33,317 bases of DNA from Oscillospiraceae bacterium. Its GTDB lineage: Bacteria > Bacillota > Clostridia > Oscillospirales > Acutalibacteraceae. Made by a program: the position numbers and the translations under genes. This document shows, piece after piece, positions 31,411 through 33,317 of the stretch. The stretch covers positions 1 to 33,317 of the forward strand of contig CADBON010000170.1 in assembly GCA_902796315.1 (NCBI GenBank). Reading direction: 5' to 3'. Under the pieces are notes generated by a model, which worked only from the letters and a program-made list of their open reading frames with translations, did no database searches and was not told the DNA's origin. How positions within the stretch are numbered: the first letter of the stretch is position 1; each line of letters opens with the position of its first letter.

Positions 31411-33003
31411 TCAGCCGTTCAGCGCGGCAAAGTTTTTCTTGTTGGCGGCGTACAGATTCTTATAGACCGCAAAGGTCTTGTCGTACACGGCCTTGTTTGC
31501 CGCGTTCGGCGTAAAGGTCTTGGTGACGGGGATCAGCTTCTTGGCCTCGGCGATGTGTGAGATCTTGCCGACGCCCATCGCTACCAGCACCGCCGCGCCC
31601 ATCGCGCCGACGTTCTGGGGCCCGTCGACGGTCTCGACCGTGCGGCCGAGCACGTCCGAAAGGATCTGGCAAGTGACGTCCGAAAGGGCGCCGCCGCCGA
31701 CGAAGCGGATCTTTTCGCTGGTCTTGATCTTCTTCTCCTCCGTTTCAAGGAACCAGCGCATATGATAGCACACGCCCTCGATCACGGCGCGCATCATTTC
31801 GCTCTTGCCGGTCTCAAGACTGATGTTAAAGAACATACCGCGCGCATTGGGATCTTCGAACGGGCAGCGGTTTCCGTGCAGCCACGGGGTGAAGATCACG
31901 CCGCCCGCGCCGGCAGGCACGGCGTCGATCACTTCACTCATATAATCGTACAGACTGGTGTATTTTTTCTCATACCCGTCGGTAATATGCTTTTTGTCGA
32001 GATAGATGCCGATCTCATCCAGCGCGAGGTGGTCCTTGACCCACTCCAGGCATTTGCCGGCCGTTTCAAGTTCGGCAAAGTAGTTATAAACGCCGTCCTC
32101 GGCGCCGGTAATGGCGGCGATCATCGCCGAGGCGTCGACCAGACTGCGGTCCACCACGGTGGACACCCAGCCGGATGTGCCGTTGTAAATATGCGTGTCG
32201 CCCTGTGCGGCGCTGCCGGCGCCCACGCCGATCAGCGCGGCGTCCATGCCGCCGCCGTACACGTCGATCCCCTCGCACAGGCCGAGTTCCGCGGCCGGTT
32301 CGGTCTTCAACTGGCCGATCTTGCCGTAGCAGGGAAGGATCTGCGGCAGGTGGTCGATCTTCACGCCGAGCATTTTGCACATCTCGGGGCTGAAGCATTT
32401 CTTTTTCAGGTCATACAGTTCGGTACCGAAGGCCGAATCGGGCGTCATGCAGAAAACGCCGGTCATGCGGGCGATGAAATATTCTTTCACGTCCAGCCAT
32501 TTATGTACGCGCGCAAACACGTCGGGCTCGTGCGCTTCCACCCATTTGTATTTCCAGACCGGGTCCTTGACCGAGGCGGCCACGGCGCCGGTGATCTTCA
32601 GGGATTTGAGCAGTTTCGGCACGTTTGCGCCGGCGATCTGCGGGCCGTAGGCGATGCCCTTTTTCAGTTCCTCGCGGGCGCGCTGATCCATATAACTCAT
32701 GGCGCGGCGAACGGGTTTGGCGTCCTTGTCGACAAGCACCACGCCCTGCCCCTGGGCACAGAACGAGATGCCGCAGATGTCGTGCGGGTCGACGCCGCTT
32801 TTTTCCAGCACCCTGGCAGTGGTGTGGCACATAGCCGACCACCATTCCTCGGGATCCTGCTCGGCGCCGCCGTCGGGCAGTACGTAGAGAGCGTAACCCT
32901 CCGACGCGGCCGCGGTCAGGCGGATGCTGTCGGCGAGTTCGAAGATGCAGGTTTTGACACCGGTGGTGCCGATGTCGTAGCAAAGCGCATATTGTCCGGC
33001 CAT
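31411..33003 (-). CDS. FGGY-family carbohydrate kinase (xylulokinase-like, 530 aa)
   Basis: The N-terminal YDIGTTGVKT is the actin-fold phosphate-1 motif. The C-terminal FVGGGALSD is present. The ATG at 33003 follows a GGAAGGGGA RBS. Confidence 0.88.
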   Translation of the reverse strand: MAGQYALCYDIGTTGVKTCIFELADSIRLTAAASEGYALYVLPDGGAEQDPEEWWSAMCHTTARVLEKSGVDPHDICGISFCAQGQGVVLVDKDAKPVRRAMSYMDQRAREELKKGIAYGPQIAGANVPKLLKSLKITGAVAASVKDPVWKYKWVEAHEPDVFARVHKWLDVKEYFIARMTGVFCMTPDSAFGTELYDLKKKCFSPEMCKMLGVKIDHLPQILPCYGKIGQLKTEPAAELGLCEGIDVYGGGMDAALIGVGAGSAAQGDTHIYNGTSGWVSTVVDRSLVDASAMIAAITGAEDGVYNYFAELETAGKCLEWVKDHLALDEIGIYLDKKHITDGYEKKYTSLYDYMSEVIDAVPAGAGGVIFTPWLHGNRCPFEDPNARGMFFNISLETGKSEMMRAVIEGVCYHMRWFLETEEKKIKTSEKIRFVGGGALSDVTCQILSDVLGRTVETVDGPQNVGAMGAAVLVAMGVGKISHIAEAKKLIPVTKTFTPNAANKAVYDKTFAVYKNLYAANKKNFAALNG

Positions 33004-33043
33004 AAAGATTTCCCCTTCCGAAGTCAACATAATTTCATTTTGT

Positions 33044-33078
33044 ATTATATCATTATTAACTGTTAACTTTCAACAGTT
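33044..33078 (-). promoter_or_regulatory. Promoter candidate for the FGGY kinase with an overlapping 7-bp inverted repeat
   Basis: On the minus strand: TTGAAA (33073-33068), an 18-nt spacer, then TATAAT (33049-33044). The inverted repeat AACTGTT-N7-AACAGTT (33058-33078) overlaps the -35 and the spacer. Confidence 0.5.
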
Positions 33079-33140
33079 TTTTGCGTTTTTGCGCCAACTT
33101 TTTTCTTCTCTTTTACAATTTTGAAGCAAAAACCGGGTTT

Positions 33141-33192
33141 CGTAAAAAAATTTTAAAAAAACTCTTGACTTTTTTCGGTCCCGTGCTATAAT
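33141..33192 (+). promoter_or_regulatory. Strong sigma-A promoter with an A/T-rich UP-like element directly upstream of 5S rRNA
   Basis: The UP-like tract is GTAAAAAAATTTTAAAAAAACTC. TTGACT (33165-33170), a 16-nt spacer, then TATAAT (33187-33192) preceded by TGc. Confidence 0.6.
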
Positions 33193-33227
33193 AGACGAGC
33201 ATTTCGAAGGACGAACAATTCTTCACA

Positions 33228-33317
33228 GTTGGTGTTGATGGCGCTGAGGGTCCACCCGTTCCCATCCCGAACACGGTAGTTAAGCTCAGCCGCGCCGAAG
33301 ATACTCGGAGGGAAGCC
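33228..33317 (+). rRNA. rrf: 5S ribosomal RNA, 5' ~90 nt (truncated by the window end)
   Basis: The universally conserved 5S core CCACCCGTTCCCATCCCGAACACGGTAGTTAAGCTCAGCCGCGCCGAAGATACTCGG is present. The 5' end is approximate (+/- 3 nt). Confidence 0.9.

Noticed and set aside
25826-33066. More long antisense ORFs appear: 25826-27391(+), 27439-28200(+), 28589-28828(+), 29438-30544(+) and 31762-33066(+).
   Set aside because: They lie opposite the Fn3 protein, the 27658-28137 gene, rqcP, hisS and the FGGY kinase respectively. Their composition is junk-like and I recognise no motifs.
1-33317. I searched the whole window for CRISPR arrays, IS elements or transposases, integrases, phage genes, toxin-antitoxin pairs and defence systems.
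   Set aside because: I saw no direct-repeat/spacer arrays and no recombinase- or nuclease-like ORFs. Apart from the 28138-28603 intergenic region, I saw no compositional island. The window appears to be core chromosome.

Overview
This is a 33.3-kb GC-rich, GC3-biased chromosomal segment. Its gene content suggests a high-GC Clostridia (Oscillospirales-like) genome, which is an inference. I support about 36 protein genes, most on the minus strand, plus a partial 5S rRNA at the 3' edge. I saw no CRISPR array, transposase, integrase or phage genes. Landmarks are listed below.

- **342-1256 (-):** three translationally coupled small ORFs of unknown function.
- **1323-3338 (+):** a YfcE-type phosphoesterase and two membrane proteins.
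- **3398-7446 (-):** the conserved rpmH-rnpA-yidD-yidC-jag cluster followed by nudF. No dnaA or DnaA-box cluster sits next to it.
- **7689-12523 (+):** mrp, a glycerate kinase-HAD phosphatase fusion, and a GPH-type transporter with a roughly 250-aa helical tail.
- **12520-16237 (-):** a membrane protein, TrmO, a FliB-like Cys-rich protein and an intracellular GH5 hydrolase.
- **16373-24654 (-):** an 8.3-kb electron-bifurcating [FeFe]-hydrogenase operon (hydC ... 2Fe-2S Fd-hydB-hydA).
- **24950-27406 (-):** a secreted cohesin-like protein with seven Fn3-like modules.
- **27658-33003 (-):** a hypothetical protein, rqcP, a cyclase-family protein, hisS, mgsA and an FGGY kinase.

The most interesting feature is a six-gene cassette wedged inside the hydrogenase operon. 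It encodes DRTGG, a small GHKL kinase-like ATPase, a HydS-like H-cluster protein lacking the proton-relay Cys, a second DRTGG, a PHP phosphoesterase and a second GHKL ATPase. Three consecutive ATGA overlaps couple these genes, and no DNA-binding or receiver domain is present. I read it as a largely uncharacterised H2/redox-sensing protein-level control module.

Other points worth a second look:
- a TSCSPGW variant of the HydA H-cluster P1 motif;
- a Jag/KhpB protein twice the normal length, with a motif-repeat acidic tail;
- the kinase-phosphatase fusion;
- an AT-rich palindrome-dense intergenic island;
- a 5S rRNA gene that sits directly behind its own strong promoter.

All calls rest on reading the ORF translations and the DNA by eye. 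No database search was run.
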